A stretch of DNA of 37,334 nucleotides from Catajapyx aquilonaris (taxonomy: Eukaryota), in assembly GCA_000934665.2 (NCBI GenBank), contig JYFJ02003815.1, positions 1 through 37,334 on the forward strand, written 5' to 3'. A program made the position numbers and the translations under genes. The notes below the pieces were generated by a model. It worked only from the letters and a program-made list of their open reading frames with translations, had not been told where the DNA came from and searched no databases. Below, piece after piece: positions 24,903-37,332 of this stretch (positions are counted from its first letter, which is position 1; every line of letters begins with the position of its first letter).

Positions 24903-26371
24903 GTTAGTACAGTATATGCTCGGAAGTATTTCTTCCTGTTTTGCAGACCACGAAAGTGGGATTTACACTGGAACCTTATGGGCCTTTGAAATTTAAAATA
25001 AGATTATCCGAGTTTCACCTCAGGTGGACCTGATAGTTTTTCTCCCGAGGTCTTCATTTGTTCATATTAATTTAGCTTAGGAATTGCTTGATGCCAAAGT
25101 GGCAAAAAACCAGCCCTTGAATGTTGCTTTGAGTTGCAATCTTTGCTGTTGTGTATTTTTTTTTTTGTCCTGTGTGACCTTGTCTCCACAACCCGGCTTG
25201 ATGATGATTGGGATGTAGTTGCTTGGGTTGTACTAATGTGCACCTTAGGTGTTTTGTATGTCAGATGACATCTAGTTATGTGTCTAAAGTGTGCCACCGT
25301 TTTGTGTGCAACAATATTGAGCATCTGTGGGCACTGCTGCAAAATGGTGCATTCAAAGAGCTCAGGCCAAGAAACAGGGAGCAGCTCATCGAAAATGTGT
25401 AAGAGAAATGGGGGGATTACCCGAGAGGAAACTGCCATGCTCGCGAGCAGTATTTTTCTCCATGTTCAGATGTGTCTTGAAAATATTGGGTGGCACACAA
25501 AATACTGAAACTGTGCAGAAATGTCCACAAACCTATCCAGATCAATTTGAAGATGCAAAATTGAATGTATTTTGTCTAATTTATTGTCAGTGTTCATTCA
25601 TAAGAGGGGAGAAACTTTCCGTCCACGCTGCAGTTGTGTAGTAGGATCAAACAGTTTCTGGAATTCATTGATTACTCAGCTACCTTCAGGAGTAGAGAGG
25701 TACACTTCTAGGTGTAACTGGACACAATGTTATCATTTAGTTTGCCAAGTGGCATTGTCCTGGATATGTCTGAACTTGTGTCGCATGCAATTTTTTGAAC
25801 ACGTCTCTTTGGCGATCCTGTAATGCTGACAAAAACAAGCTTTATGTGTGGATTACAGGTGATAAAAGTTGGCTTTTCCACTGTGATGATTGCTATGACA
25901 ACTTTTGTCACCTATTATGAAGCTTTTTACAGTTTATAAAAGCTCCTGGACAAGTCGAGGCACCTCTGGTTTTAGTTGTGTGTCAGGAGCCACTGGGCAT
26001 GTTCATTAATGTGCCGCCATTTTGGGATTGCCAAGCAGACGTAACAGGTGTTCACAAAATTTTGTGTGACACGTTCAGACCCACTTGGCAAACTGACTCG
26101 TTAGGATTGTGTGCAGTTACACCTACAAATGCGGCTCTCTACTTTTCAAGGTAGTCGAGCGCTCGAGTTATCTGTGATTTCCAGCAACTTTTGAGCCTGG
26201 GGGTATATCTGACTCTTCTTTCTGTCAATGGCCATGGGAAGTAGCTAAACATAACTAGTTTCATCTGAACCTGCTGCATTAGGTTTTTTTGAGAAGTTGT
26301 CAATTATTCAATACTTAGCAGAGGTAATTAGTAAATGATATTCAGGCATTGCAAGTGTTACAATGGTTAAT

Positions 26372-26651
26372 AGTAATGATAATGATGATGATGATGATGG
26401 ATACCCTGTGATAGGCCCCTTGGGCCTCTTAGGGGATCATCTTTTGAATAACCAACTTTAATCATTGCCTGCGCTGTGATGGATTTTGATTGCGGGAGGA
26501 AACAGGAGAACCCCGAGAAAACCCACGCGAACACGGAGAGAACCCATCGAAACTCTGTCCACATAAGTATCCTCCGTCCGACCCGGGGATCGAACTCGGG
26601 ACCTTAGAGGTGGAAGGCTGCTGCGCTAACCACTCAGCCACTGTGTTGCCC
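26372..26651 (-). mobile_element. Full-length tRNA-derived SINE with a V-domain-like core, antisense in intron 3 of gene B
   Basis: The minus strand shows a GGGCAACACAG head, A box TGGCTGAGTGG (26630-26640), B box GAGTTCGATCC (26587-26597), a central GTTCTCTCCGTGTTCGCGTGGGTTTTCTCGGGGTTCTCCTGTTTCCTCCC (V-SINE-core-like, from memory), a 3' stem-loop (26413-26427) and a (CAT)n tail. A perfect 13-bp duplication TACAATGGTTAAT flanks it at 26359-26371 and 26652-26664. Confidence 0.92.
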
Positions 26652-26840
26652 TACAATGGTTAATTAAATGTGTCAGTGACAGATTAGCTTGTCAATATAT
26701 CAGCTAGTTATGTGAGTATTAAAATGAGAACCAGTACCATGGTTGCTCTCATTCTCATGTAATGCATTGGCAGTGAATTGACACATTGTGAAATAGACTG
26801 GTAACATATTGACATCTTGTCCTTGTTGTCTTCACATCAG

Positions 26841-26990
26841 GCTTATGAAGACGTGGAAGCACCACCCCAGCATCCAAACGGTTCTGAATCGGAAGACTAC
26901 CCACCTCCGCCAGTTGGGCCACCACCGTCTTATTTCCAGGCAGTCAGCTCAGCAGGAAAGGATGGAATGAAAGTCATGGGGTTTCAGTGA
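26841..26990 (+). CDS. Gene B exon 4 (last): PPxY-containing tail
   Basis: ttcacatcag|GCT TAT GAA... encodes AYEDVEAPPQHPNGSESEDYPPPPVGPPPSYFQAVSSAGKDGMKVMGFQ*. The four exons sum to 480 nt, or 159 aa plus stop. Confidence 0.88.
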   Translation, partial: AYEDVEAPPQHPNGSESEDYPPPPVGPPPSYFQAVSSAGKDGMKVMGFQ

Positions 26991-29229
26991 GGCCAAGACC
27001 ATGCCTCTTTTCTTCATGGGGAATTCCAGCAGGAGGCACAGGTGTAAAATACATTGTCAAATTGGAATTGTTAACAAGAGAAAAAAAGGTTTACAAATGT
27101 GGTTGTCTTGCTGACGGAAGTGGGAGTAAAATTTTACAAGGTGGCTGAGGTTTGCGTTTGAGAAGCCGCTGACTGTTGTGACTGACATGTAAGATTATTT
27201 TAGCCAGGCGGTGGGTTTTAGGTCCGTATCTGAGCGCTTCTTAGGTTTACGTGGATGTGCGTGCATGATTTGTGTGCATGCGTATATTTTTTGTCGTTAC
27301 GTATTATTTTGAGCTGGTAAATCATGGTGGCGCTCAAATTGGAGTTGCTTTTAACAGCCTCACTATCATCAGTGTGTCATGGTGCTACCTCATGATTTAG
27401 TGTGACAAACACCACTTCTCATATGACAATTGTAACTTTTACAAGCACAAGTTCTTTTCTTTCCATCGTTAAATTTGTTGTTTACAAGATGTAGAGTTGT
27501 AAATGAGATAAAAAAAGAGAGGAGTTTCTGCATTTAAGTCGTATTAAAAAGTGTAATTTTGAACACTACAGTCTCAGAAAATGTATTTAGTCACAATTTT
27601 TAAAGTTGGAGGTCATAAGCATGTACAAAAAGGTATCATAAGGTGTATATAGATAAATATTTCATGTGTACTGATGCACAAAAATCTTAGAAAGAAAATG
27701 TACAGTCTTGTTTTGTTGCTGCTTACATTTGTTTTTTATTTTTCCCTGCTACCTACCTTGCACAACCTGTAGTTTTGCACTTTGGTATAATTTGTTTCAG
27801 TGTGACAGCACCTTGCATTTTTGAATGCACAAGTATCACTATGAGCAATATATTGGTAGGCTAGCTTAATGAGAAGTACTCGGGCAACATGAATAATTGC
27901 AGGAAAATGCCACGTGGAATGAGTACTGCTGATACGAATTGCCATTTGATTTCAGGGGTGCTGTCGGTACGTATGTGCCTCTCATGCTCTTAACCAGTAC
28001 ATTGTCCGTACAACACTTGACAATCTTGTGAACTTATTGCAAGAGCTATTTGAGTATTTATTACTTTGCACTCATTTCATGGCAGGATTATCTACACTCC
28101 TGATGACTGAGTTTTGAATCTGGTCTTGTACTGTTGTCTTACTCTGTTTTATTTCTTGAATGACCGGATGTAGATTATTGTGTTAGCAAAAGCAACTTGC
28201 TGGAATAACAAGTGTCAAGGATGTGCCAGAGGTGTTAGGTGAAGTAATGTTTGTTAGAACTGAAACAAATAGGTTGCTGACTTGTAAAGAGTGCCAATCT
28301 GTATAATAATGCAGTCGTGGATATACAAAACTGTTTTATTGCTGACAGCATTTGCTCAAGAGGTTTTAGTTTTGATGTCCACATAGTATATATCAGCACG
28401 AAGCCCAGTCTATTAACCATGTTCACGTCCATGAAATATTAAAAACCATGTGGGGGATGTGTGTCATTTTATTTGAATCTACTTGACTACATAAGAAAAG
28501 AATATGGTATAATCAAAGGTAGGCCTACCGTTATTTTTAAATAACTAATCGATTGTCATGATGAATATGTTTGCACTTCTCAGGATTTTGCTTGTCAAGG
28601 ATATGTATGATATCTTCTAATGAATCATCTCACCATAAACAAACTGAAAATTCTGAGACTAATGAAGATAATTACAAATTACCCTGGAATGCATCAAATA
28701 CACTCTCAAATGTCTCATGTCATTGTCCACTGCACCTCATGAAATCGTATGAACATTCAATATAAATTATGAGATATTGACCGACATCACTGGTCATTCA
28801 CCCGCTGACCGAATAGCCCAGACATAGAGGAAGTGACTATCCATCATTGCTGGTTCCCTTCTGTGTGCTGCCACATCATTATGGTCATTAGTGGTCATTA
28901 AGGACAAAAACATAGAGAAACTCTTGATGTCAGGCAACATCATGCAGTGCAATCTCGGACTCATTGATAGTTTTTTTTTAAAGGCCAACGTGTGTACAGG
29001 GTGTCTCGTAATGATTCAAACTTCTTCAGGGGGTCTCTTCATGTAAGGGTCTTATTTGGTCTCTGAAGCAATTACCACTGAAATAACAAGCTTTACTTTG
29101 GTAAGGCCAAAGAACGCACACATACACTTTAATTAACAGTTCGTATGCATTTTTGGTATTTTGTATTATAAAATTTTAAAACCCAAATTTTGGGATTATA
29201 CGATTCGCAATTTCGCTCCAGTAACAGTA

Positions 29230-29392
29230 AAGGCCATTTCACAAAAAAATGTCGCGCGGCAAACGGCGCGACTTGCGGCAAATTTTTTATTTATATTTAT
29301 TGTTGCCAATTGTTGGCAACAATAAATATAAATAAAAATTTGCCGCAAGTCGCGCCGTTTGCCGCGCGACATTTTTTTTGTGAAATGGCCTT
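29230..29392. mobile_element. Near-perfect palindromic (foldback) MITE, about 160 bp
   Basis: aaggccatttcac...tgttgccaa-ttg-ttggcaaca...gtgaaatggcctt. The ~80-bp arms differ only in two homopolymer lengths and enclose a 3-nt loop. GGCC termini in a TAA/TTA context suggest PIF/Harbinger, but the target-site duplication is ambiguous. Confidence 0.85.
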
Positions 29393-29402
29393 AGCAGTCA
29401 AG

Positions 29403-29775
29403 AAATAACAGTAACAGTGATCACATTCTCTCTGGTACATGCAGAGGTGTTGTCTCCTGGTCATCTGCAGCAACAGTGATTAGTACAACTTGATATTCAA
29501 TACACCGATTTTTAAGTTTAATGCAATAGACGTCACCTTTGTTATTTCGGATTATAGCAAAGCAATGACGTCACTGTAATTGTAATTGCTTTGCTACAAG
29601 CCTGCTACAGGTATATAACTCAATAACAATGGTGACGTCTATTGCATCTTTAAAATCGGCGCATAGAATGATTGTTAATTTTCATTAGTCACTACTGCTG
29701 CTCTGCAGGCCACTATTAGTCAGTAAAACCTCTGCAAGTACGACTATAATAGGGAATTTGATTGTAATGTTATTT
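29403..29775. mobile_element. Older degenerate foldback element
   Basis: Nested inverted repeats: atgcaatagacgtcacc/ggtgacgtctattgcat (core 29505-29659), tagcaaagcaat/attgctttgcta (29555-29596) and tgcagaggt/acctctgca further out. The outer limits are approximate. Confidence 0.65.
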
Positions 29776-30892
29776 GATGCAGTTTACATCCAAATATTTA
29801 AAAAAATACATTTAAATTAATTAATGTCGATATATTTGTTAGGTTTGTGCAGAGGTAAATCTTCGCATCTTCTCCGTACCGATTTTATAGCAGAGAATAA
29901 TTTTGATCCCATGCTGAGAGGACTCCTCGGCGCAAACCCAGTTACGATAAGCCTCTCACTGTAAAAGGTTTTCTGGCAGCATCATAGTCCCGGACAGCGC
30001 GGATTTTAAGGAGACTATAAAACATGGGGCCCCATAACACCATTACAGACGCAAAGACTATTGAAGTCGGCATAAAAGGCCGCAGAAATGGGATTATTGC
30101 ACCTACTTGTGACGCCCCGAGAAGCATTCCCATGTTCATTATTTCTAGCGCACTATCTCTAATTAGGTCCACACATGAATCCGCATATTTTATATTAATA
30201 TGTGCAATTCTGATCAGGGGTCCTGAGCAAACAAGTGTACCGGACCAAAGAATGCCATTTGTCTCCAGGAATGGGGGGTATATATAGTATGGCTGAAAAG
30301 AGTAATGGTGTTTACTGCGGCGGGTCCAAATCCAGGGGCATTGTGTAGCCACAGACGGTTCCGGTTGCGGAACCTGCTCGACCAGGAATCGACCGGATTA
30401 TTGGATTCCCATTTGTTAGATCAACATAGGGAGGATTGGGATTCGCTTGGTCGGCCACACTGCCTGCTACTCATTGTTCCCATCCTATTCAAAAGGTGGC
30501 ACCGGCACGTCCACAAGCAAAAGGAGTTGGGGTTTAAAAAGGGGGGCGGATGTCCGATAGATAGAGCTAGAGACTAGATGATCTAGGCTTTGGATAAAAT
30601 TTTATGTATAAAGGAGAAAGTTTGTTGGTATTTATGTATATCACGGCTACGTAACTCACTTCTGGAGTACTGAGAGCTCTGAAACTTGGCACACTGACGT
30701 CTTACGGACGTCTTACGGTCGTACATGCCAGGGATTTAGGGGAAGTCCGAAAACCGCAATTTTTGAGTCAAAATAGTCCAAATTTTATGATTATTATGAT
30801 GTTTATGATTATTATGATCTTTGGTGTCTAATCTGCTGCAATTGTGGCACATTTATTTGTCAAACACCGTGCGAAGAGCAGCAGTATCTTAA

Positions 30893-31028
30893 CCTCCTGA
30901 GACCCCTGGTACAGTATACTGTATTAATACCTTTGTTTTTTTTTTCCAGCACCTTCTGACTAACTCAAACGCGTAAAAAAACAAATCAAACAAAGGTGAT
31001 TGAAATGTGTACTAGGGGTCTCAAGAGG
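30893..31028. mobile_element. piggyBac-like MITE (136 bp)
   Basis: TTAA|CCTCCTGAGACCCCTGGTACA ... TGTACTAGGGGTCTCAAGAGG: 21-bp terminal inverted repeats with 2 mismatches. The left TTAA is intact; the right flank (ctat) is degraded. Confidence 0.65.
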
Positions 31029-33330
31029 CTATACAACTAATTCCACCCATTATGGACCACCCTGTATAAATGGGGAAAAAATGGGGCCAAAACTGAATTT
31101 GACACAGGCCTGAATTATTTTTTGCTTAATATTTAAAATATTTTTTAAGCAAATGAACTAACACAATAACTAAAAATCTAACACTGTTAAGTGTCCTATA
31201 TATAGGACGCTATAGGCTATAGGCATGAATTAAGTCGCTTTCCGTCCATTGGAGGCGCAAAAAAGGCTCTACCATACAAATCCCATTTCCACTAATGCAA
31301 AGTTAATACCAGGCGCTGGAATTTTTGCATGTCGGAATGCAACTGGTCAAAAATCCAGCTGTGATGAGTGGCCACGATGACGACGATGATGATGATGGAT
31401 GAGAGCTGGGATGATGACAGGTCTTGCTAGTAACGCCTGAGAGAGACGGAGGTGGGGGTCAGTGCCCAATAAATTACCTTGTCGCCCGGTTATAAGCTCT
31501 CAGGGTTTTGTCACCCCTGGCGACATGTCTACGTGTCATGGAAGCTTCGGTCCTGATGGCGGCCTCCACTAGTCAGGCCCCCCGATTATTCTTCATTAAA
31601 GATTGTAATGAGAGGGGGAGGACCTAGGGCGACAGTTTACAGCAGGTGAGGTGTGAACATTCACGCAGTGTAACATACAGCAGGCGTTTAAGGTGTTGGA
31701 GTGTTGATGTAATTATTGGGAAAAGCTTACCCGCACTTGTTTGAAAATCGATTCTAGCCAGTACTGGTTTGACGACTGTGATACCCCGACATGATGTGCA
31801 AAATGGGCAGATTCGCAATATCAGGATTTATTGTCTAATAATTATATAAAAAACTTATTATACTACTAGCTGAAAACTGACGTGATCAGAACAAAAAATG
31901 CAAAAAATTAAGACTTGTTGGTAAATAAATGCTTACCCTCTAAAGTAGCCACAGTGTCCACAACAATATGGTCAGCCTTCATGAAGGCACTTGAAATATT
32001 TAGCAGCCCAGAGTAAAATCCTTGTTGACACCATATTTTGAAACTCATTTTCAATGGTGTTGGTTTTGTTATGCACCAAACTTTTTGCAAATTAATGCGG
32101 TGTGTGCCTGGAAAGCTGCGGAAAAAAAATCGAAGTTTGCAATCTGTTGTATCCTTCACAACAGTATGCCCAAAGCAATTTATACACTTACATTACTGCT
32201 GCGAAAGGTATTATTTTTCCGGCTTTTTTTTGTATCCAAATGACAAAAAAAATACTCTTCAATTTAACCTTAACAAATACTACATACCTACTCGTTAGCA
32301 GATGTTACGTGACTGAATTTTGACGTTGACAAAGTCGGCCTCTTTTGTTACTGAAAAACAATTTTGTGCACATGTGCACGTAATGAATAAACGCACCCAA
32401 AATTTTTCATTCCACTTTTTTTTTTTAATCGTTATTTTTACAAGCAACGTGACATACATCGCTAATACCCGGAACATCCGTTCGAAAAATAAACTTGCCA
32501 CGATTTGCTCTGTTGATGGATCTGAATCGGACTTATGGGACATACGGTATTTTTTTAAGTGGGGGAGGAGAGGAAATTATTTGGACCATCAGGGGGGGTG
32601 TGGGTAACGTCAAATTGGACCGTCCATCACACAACACTGCTTTAATATTTTTCTTCCACGCAACTGCACTTGTCACTCACCCACCAACCAAAAAAAACAG
32701 CGGACATACAGCTTTTTTGCGCCCATTTGACGCCAAATGAGCCACAATTACGCTACAACCGATGTTAGAGCTGAAGAAACCAAAAAACTCTTTTGTACTC
32801 GGTACTTTGTCTACTGAAGTGTTGAGCGGGGGGTGAACACTTAACAGCACGTGAAAAATTATGGGCAAAGGGGTTTTGAGGATGAAAAAACAAGCCACTT
32901 CAGCAAAAATTTTTTATCCATTTTTTTTAAAACATGACGAAGAGCTCTTGTTTCCACGAAAATGCCGACCCTTTATTACACAAAGTGAAGTCCAATTTAG
33001 AGTCAGATTATTCAGGTACAATTTTTTTTCCCTCTAGCTTTGTGTCGGTGTTAAGTACGATTGTATTTACATATACTGTGCGGTACAGAGAAGTGGGGAT
33101 AGTTATATGTGCAAAGTAGCCCCACTTGACTGGCCTTTTATAAAAGTGACTAGCAGCACCGTATTAAATTAAAAACGCACTTGACAAAGAATCACAGGTG
33201 CACTTGACATCTTAGCAAGAAACCGGACGCGCACACACACACATACGCGAAGTACAGGTGCAAAAGTGACCTTTCGTGTGTGCTTTATAATAAATAGCGT
33301 AGTCTCTCTTGTAAGTTGAGCTGGAGAAAG

Positions 33331-33525
33331 TCAAGTGACACTCCAGTCCGTGGTTGTCCAGCGGAGTGTCCAGTTGTTGCAGACAAAGGTGAGGAGGATG
33401 AGGAGAAGAGGGCATTGGACGGGGGTCACTGGGCCTCGGCTTCTGGTTTGGATCACCACAGCAGTGGTCTTGTTGATGGGTACAGCCTCGTTGCAATACT
33501 TGACGTCGCAACAGGACACGCAACT
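33331..33525 (-). CDS. LYPD6: LYPD6/LYPD6B-like Ly6/uPAR three-finger protein, last exon
   Basis: ttttctctctacag|AGT TGC GTG TCC TGT TGC... encodes SCVSCCDVKYCNEAVPINKTTAVVIQTRSRGPVTPVQCPLLLILLTFVCNNWTLRWTTTDWSVT*. It has the CCxxxxCN Ly6 signature, an NxT site after the domain as in LYPD6, and a hydrophobic GPI-signal-like stretch. Confidence 0.9.
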   Translation of the reverse strand, partial: SCVSCCDVKYCNEAVPINKTTAVVIQTRSRGPVTPVQCPLLLILLTFVCNNWTLRWTTTDWSVT

Positions 33526-36144
33526 CTGTAGAGAGAAAAAAAAGAGCTTCAATGATTTACGGATATTTGGCACGAGCTGTTTTGGAATGTTTCAGGTGCG
33601 GTGACTTCGGTTTCGTGGTTTGTATCCGTATTTTTTGGGAGGATTTGGTGTCATGCGGATTTTTTCCTGTTTATGGTGGGTAATCGGGTTGTATACGCGC
33701 GAATACGTGCCATAAGCAAGGTTGTATGACTGGGATGGGGTGTGACAACTGGCCGCTTCGAATGGGCACTTGAAAGAATTCCTTATGGCTTCCACAACCA
33801 TATAAACTGAAATGGGGGGTTTGCAGTGCCAGTGAACTTTGGGAAATGGTTTCAACTGATGTAACACCATTTTTTTCACTCAAATATTCAAAGCTGCATA
33901 CACTCGCTACGTAGCTATCGGGCGTACTATAATTAATCTAACCCGGGTGTTTCCAGAAGCCTGCACAGTGTCTGGTTTATACAATGCTATAGCAATCGGT
34001 GGTTGACTATATAGAAAGTACCTGAGGTCGATACACCTGCCGGGGACTTTTTATATCCTTAATTCTAGGCGCACGTACAGACTCACATCATATACTTTTT
34101 GCTCATTACAATGCAGCCTCAACAATGCCTTTGATGTGGTACTTTTCCTGCCACCTAGCCACAGCCACTCTGCAAACATGTTTGCCATCTACACCACATT
34201 TTAATTAACATTTTTTAAAAAACCCATGGCCACTCCCTTTTCAAAATATTCATTCATAAAAGTTGCACTTGAAAAATTATCCGGCTAATAACTGCAAGAA
34301 TTTCCGGCCTCTGCGTGGGACCCTCCATTATTTAACATCCGAGGACAATGACGGTTCGCAGACATTTTATATATTTTTTTTTTTTGTACCGCCTCTTTGG
34401 ATAGATGTCATTCCAGTAGTTAAAAAGGAGGCTCGCTTGGCTGCCTCCCATGCTGACTAAGCACGTCGTGCTCGGCCATCTTCGCAACATAAGGCCGTTG
34501 CTCCATTAGAAAACTCTGAGACTGCTTTTCACGTCAGCTTTCCAAGTGGTCTAATCATATAGGGGGGGGGGGGGTACCCCAAAAGTTGTTTAGCACCCGC
34601 CCAGAGTGCGTCAAAAAGGAGGCACTTTCATACCCAGGAGAGAGGACATGTTTCCTGCACATCATGTTCAATTCAGCAACATCACTCCAGATGGGAAAAT
34701 TACAGGGCTGTCCACTCTGGTTAAAGAACGTTTTTGGGTACAGGACATTCCTTCAAGTTGTGTGTAAGCTCGTGTCGGAAAATTGGGCCAAAGTGTGGTA
34801 TCACTCCAGAGTGCAAAAAAATTTGCACTCAACCAGATTTTTATATAAAAACCGGGTTGACCCGTGGGAAATGCGTCGGATGGACATATTTTGACAGTCG
34901 TTTTGTCACGATGGGGTTGGGTAGATGGATTTTTTTAGGCGAATGACAAAAGAGGGTTGAGTGTTTTTTTGGGGATATGTCTCAACCAGCGGGCAGGGAA
35001 ATGACAAAAATGGTGAGGGGAAAGAGAGCATCAGGTGGAGTGGGTCGCTGTGTATAGGGTTGAAACGGAATTGTCGAGGGCTTCTGTGGTGCCAGGGCTT
35101 TCCAATTCCAGCTATTCAAATAGTGGGCGGCAGAAAAAAAACTGTGGGTTTTGCGGAGAAACCTGTCAAATCTCGTCACATTACTTTGATGCAGATAAGG
35201 TTTCAAGGTGTGCATATTGAGCAGCTGTTACAATCAATGGGAGTAGTAATTTTATGGCGATAACAACAATTGTGACGCCAATTCAATCGGCTTTAAAAAA
35301 AATCTAAGTACATATTAGCTGAGCACTTTTACAAAACAAAGCTTTCAGTTCTGGTTTGTGAGCATAGGAGCATTGGTATGCAAACCTTAATAGTGGGCAA
35401 ACAGGCAGATGTGTGTTGAGCTTTTGATCTACAACGCGTTAATATTTTGCAAACATTCTCTCGTTAAACTGGCCAAAATAATTGGATTGTGTTTTTACTT
35501 GACATGCACCAACGCTCGCAGAGGCTGGAATATATTGCGACGAATTCGCTGAAAAATAGTTGAATCTGGCATGCAAATTCAGCTGGTTTTTCACTTAGGA
35601 GTTAACTATAATGTACACAATTTGGGAGTAATTTAAAACGGGCCAATCCATTAATCCTGTATCCCCTCATCCTTTGAATTCTCGCTGCTGGCTTTGCGTA
35701 ATGTTTCGGGTACCACTGATTGATCATTTATGCCAACGCATGGCCATTAAGGTAATTGATAATTATATTCGCAGCCAGTAATGAAATAGACTCAGCGTAA
35801 GCTTTTAAAATCCGACTGTGCCTCTCAATGCACTTTCAGTTTAGTATCTACGCAAATATTTTATTGCATTTAAATTTTTAAAGCAATTTTGTGCCGATTG
35901 ATTTGCTCACAAGATTTCATCATTCAAGTAGGGGGAATATCACAATTTTAAAAATACAGTATGTTACCCAACCTGACATCAATGTTTCTATATCGAGAGC
36001 CCAGCAATCAATGTGGCTGCCACAGCTGCTGGTGCAAACACTAACAAAATTGGCACACTGGATTCTCTCAGGCGTCAACTGCAGGAGTTTCGGTACAAAA
36101 ACAATACACAATTATTATTGAACTTTGCAATTATTGTACATTAC

Positions 36145-36275
36145 CTGTTCGCCATCATTTTGCCTGCAGCCGACCGTCCTCTTAGTGCATTCGGAAGCCT
36201 TGGCGCACTTCTTATTTACCATGATGCTCTCTCCTTGCGAATTCATCACATGCAAAGTCTGGCAGAAGGGCATCC
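36145..36275 (-). CDS. LYPD6: LYPD6-like protein, penultimate exon (upstream exons not found in the window)
   Basis: ttttcttcttccag|GG ATG CCC TTC TGC...GAA CAG|gtaatg encodes xMPFCQTLHVMNSQGESIMVNKKCAKASECTKRTVGCRQNDGEQ. This resembles LYPD6 as I recall it ([33 protein letters not shown]). Phase 1/0 joins the last exon in frame. Confidence 0.9.
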
Positions 36276-36970
36276 CTGGAAGAAGAAAAAAAAAAATGGT
36301 ATAAGAATGCCACATGCAGTTTCCGTTCGGATTGGACCAGCTTTAGTCAGATTTCTCTTTGAACTTATTTTTTTTATACTCCAAAAAATCTGGTATATAG
36401 CAAGACTGGAAAATGGAAGAGGAAAAAAAAATCTTTTGAGTGATATGCATATCTCGTGTGCGTGAGTGCTGTCACCTCGCATCTCCAGAACGGCAAAAAT
36501 GGAGATGCAGAGTGACGAATATTCCAGGTTTATGGCTTTAGAGCTGCCTCGGGTGTGGCGGGATTTCCGCATCGCCAAAAAAAAAAAAGTGCATCTCTCG
36601 AGCTTGTTGTATAAACCCTGCATTTTGGTTGTGCAAAGCATGGGCCGCACCAGGAATTCATAGTTTGGCTTCAAAAAAGTGTCCGGGGGATATATTGTTT
36701 CAGAGTGGTGATTCACACCGTAGTTGCTTTTTTTGTTTAGCTGGCGGAACAAAAATCGAGGGTTCCATTTGCAATTCATATTATGACTACGCGATGCATT
36801 ACAAATGATTGCGCGGACTATCAAGTGCCACTTGCACAAAAGGCATAGACATTGCATACAAATTTAGGCAGATTCTGGCTAGAACTGTTACATATTTTTA
36901 TTTATTTATTTAATACCTGTTGCCAAAATTTGACAAAATTTGGCAAAACCTATATAATCAGTATGACAGT

Positions 36971-37332
36971 AGGGAGCATATACTACATAAGAGGCGCAAA
37001 CTTCTGTCGGCGCCTTTGATGTTCGCGTCTCTCTGTTTGAGGCCGTTGCCAAGGCTGGCGGCCATTTTTAAGTGTGGGGAACGCCAACGAGGTACAAATA
37101 GGGTACAGGCAAAAATATGGTCCGCCATCTTTGATGGTTTTGGCGGCCATGGCAACTACATGGCAAGAACACGCGCGAATCAAAGATGGCGGACCCTATT
37201 TTTGCCTGTACCCTATATTTATACCTCGTTGGCGTTCCCCACACTTCAAAATGGCCGCCAGCCTTGGCAACGCCCCAAACAGAGAGACGCTGAAATCGAA
37301 TGTTTGCGCCTCTTATGTAGTATATGCTCCCT
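36971..37332. mobile_element. Long foldback MITE (about 360 bp) in the intron upstream of the LYPD6-like exons
   Basis: Perfect 31-bp termini agggagcatatactacataagaggcgcaaac / gtttgcgcctcttatgtagtatatgctccct. Internal arms of about 115 bp are highly complementary around a ~40-nt spacer. The target-site duplication cannot be checked at the window edge. Confidence 0.85.

Noticed and set aside
31377..31400. (GAT)n tract resembling the SINE tail
   Set aside because: The adjacent sequence does not match the SINE body and there are no A/B boxes.
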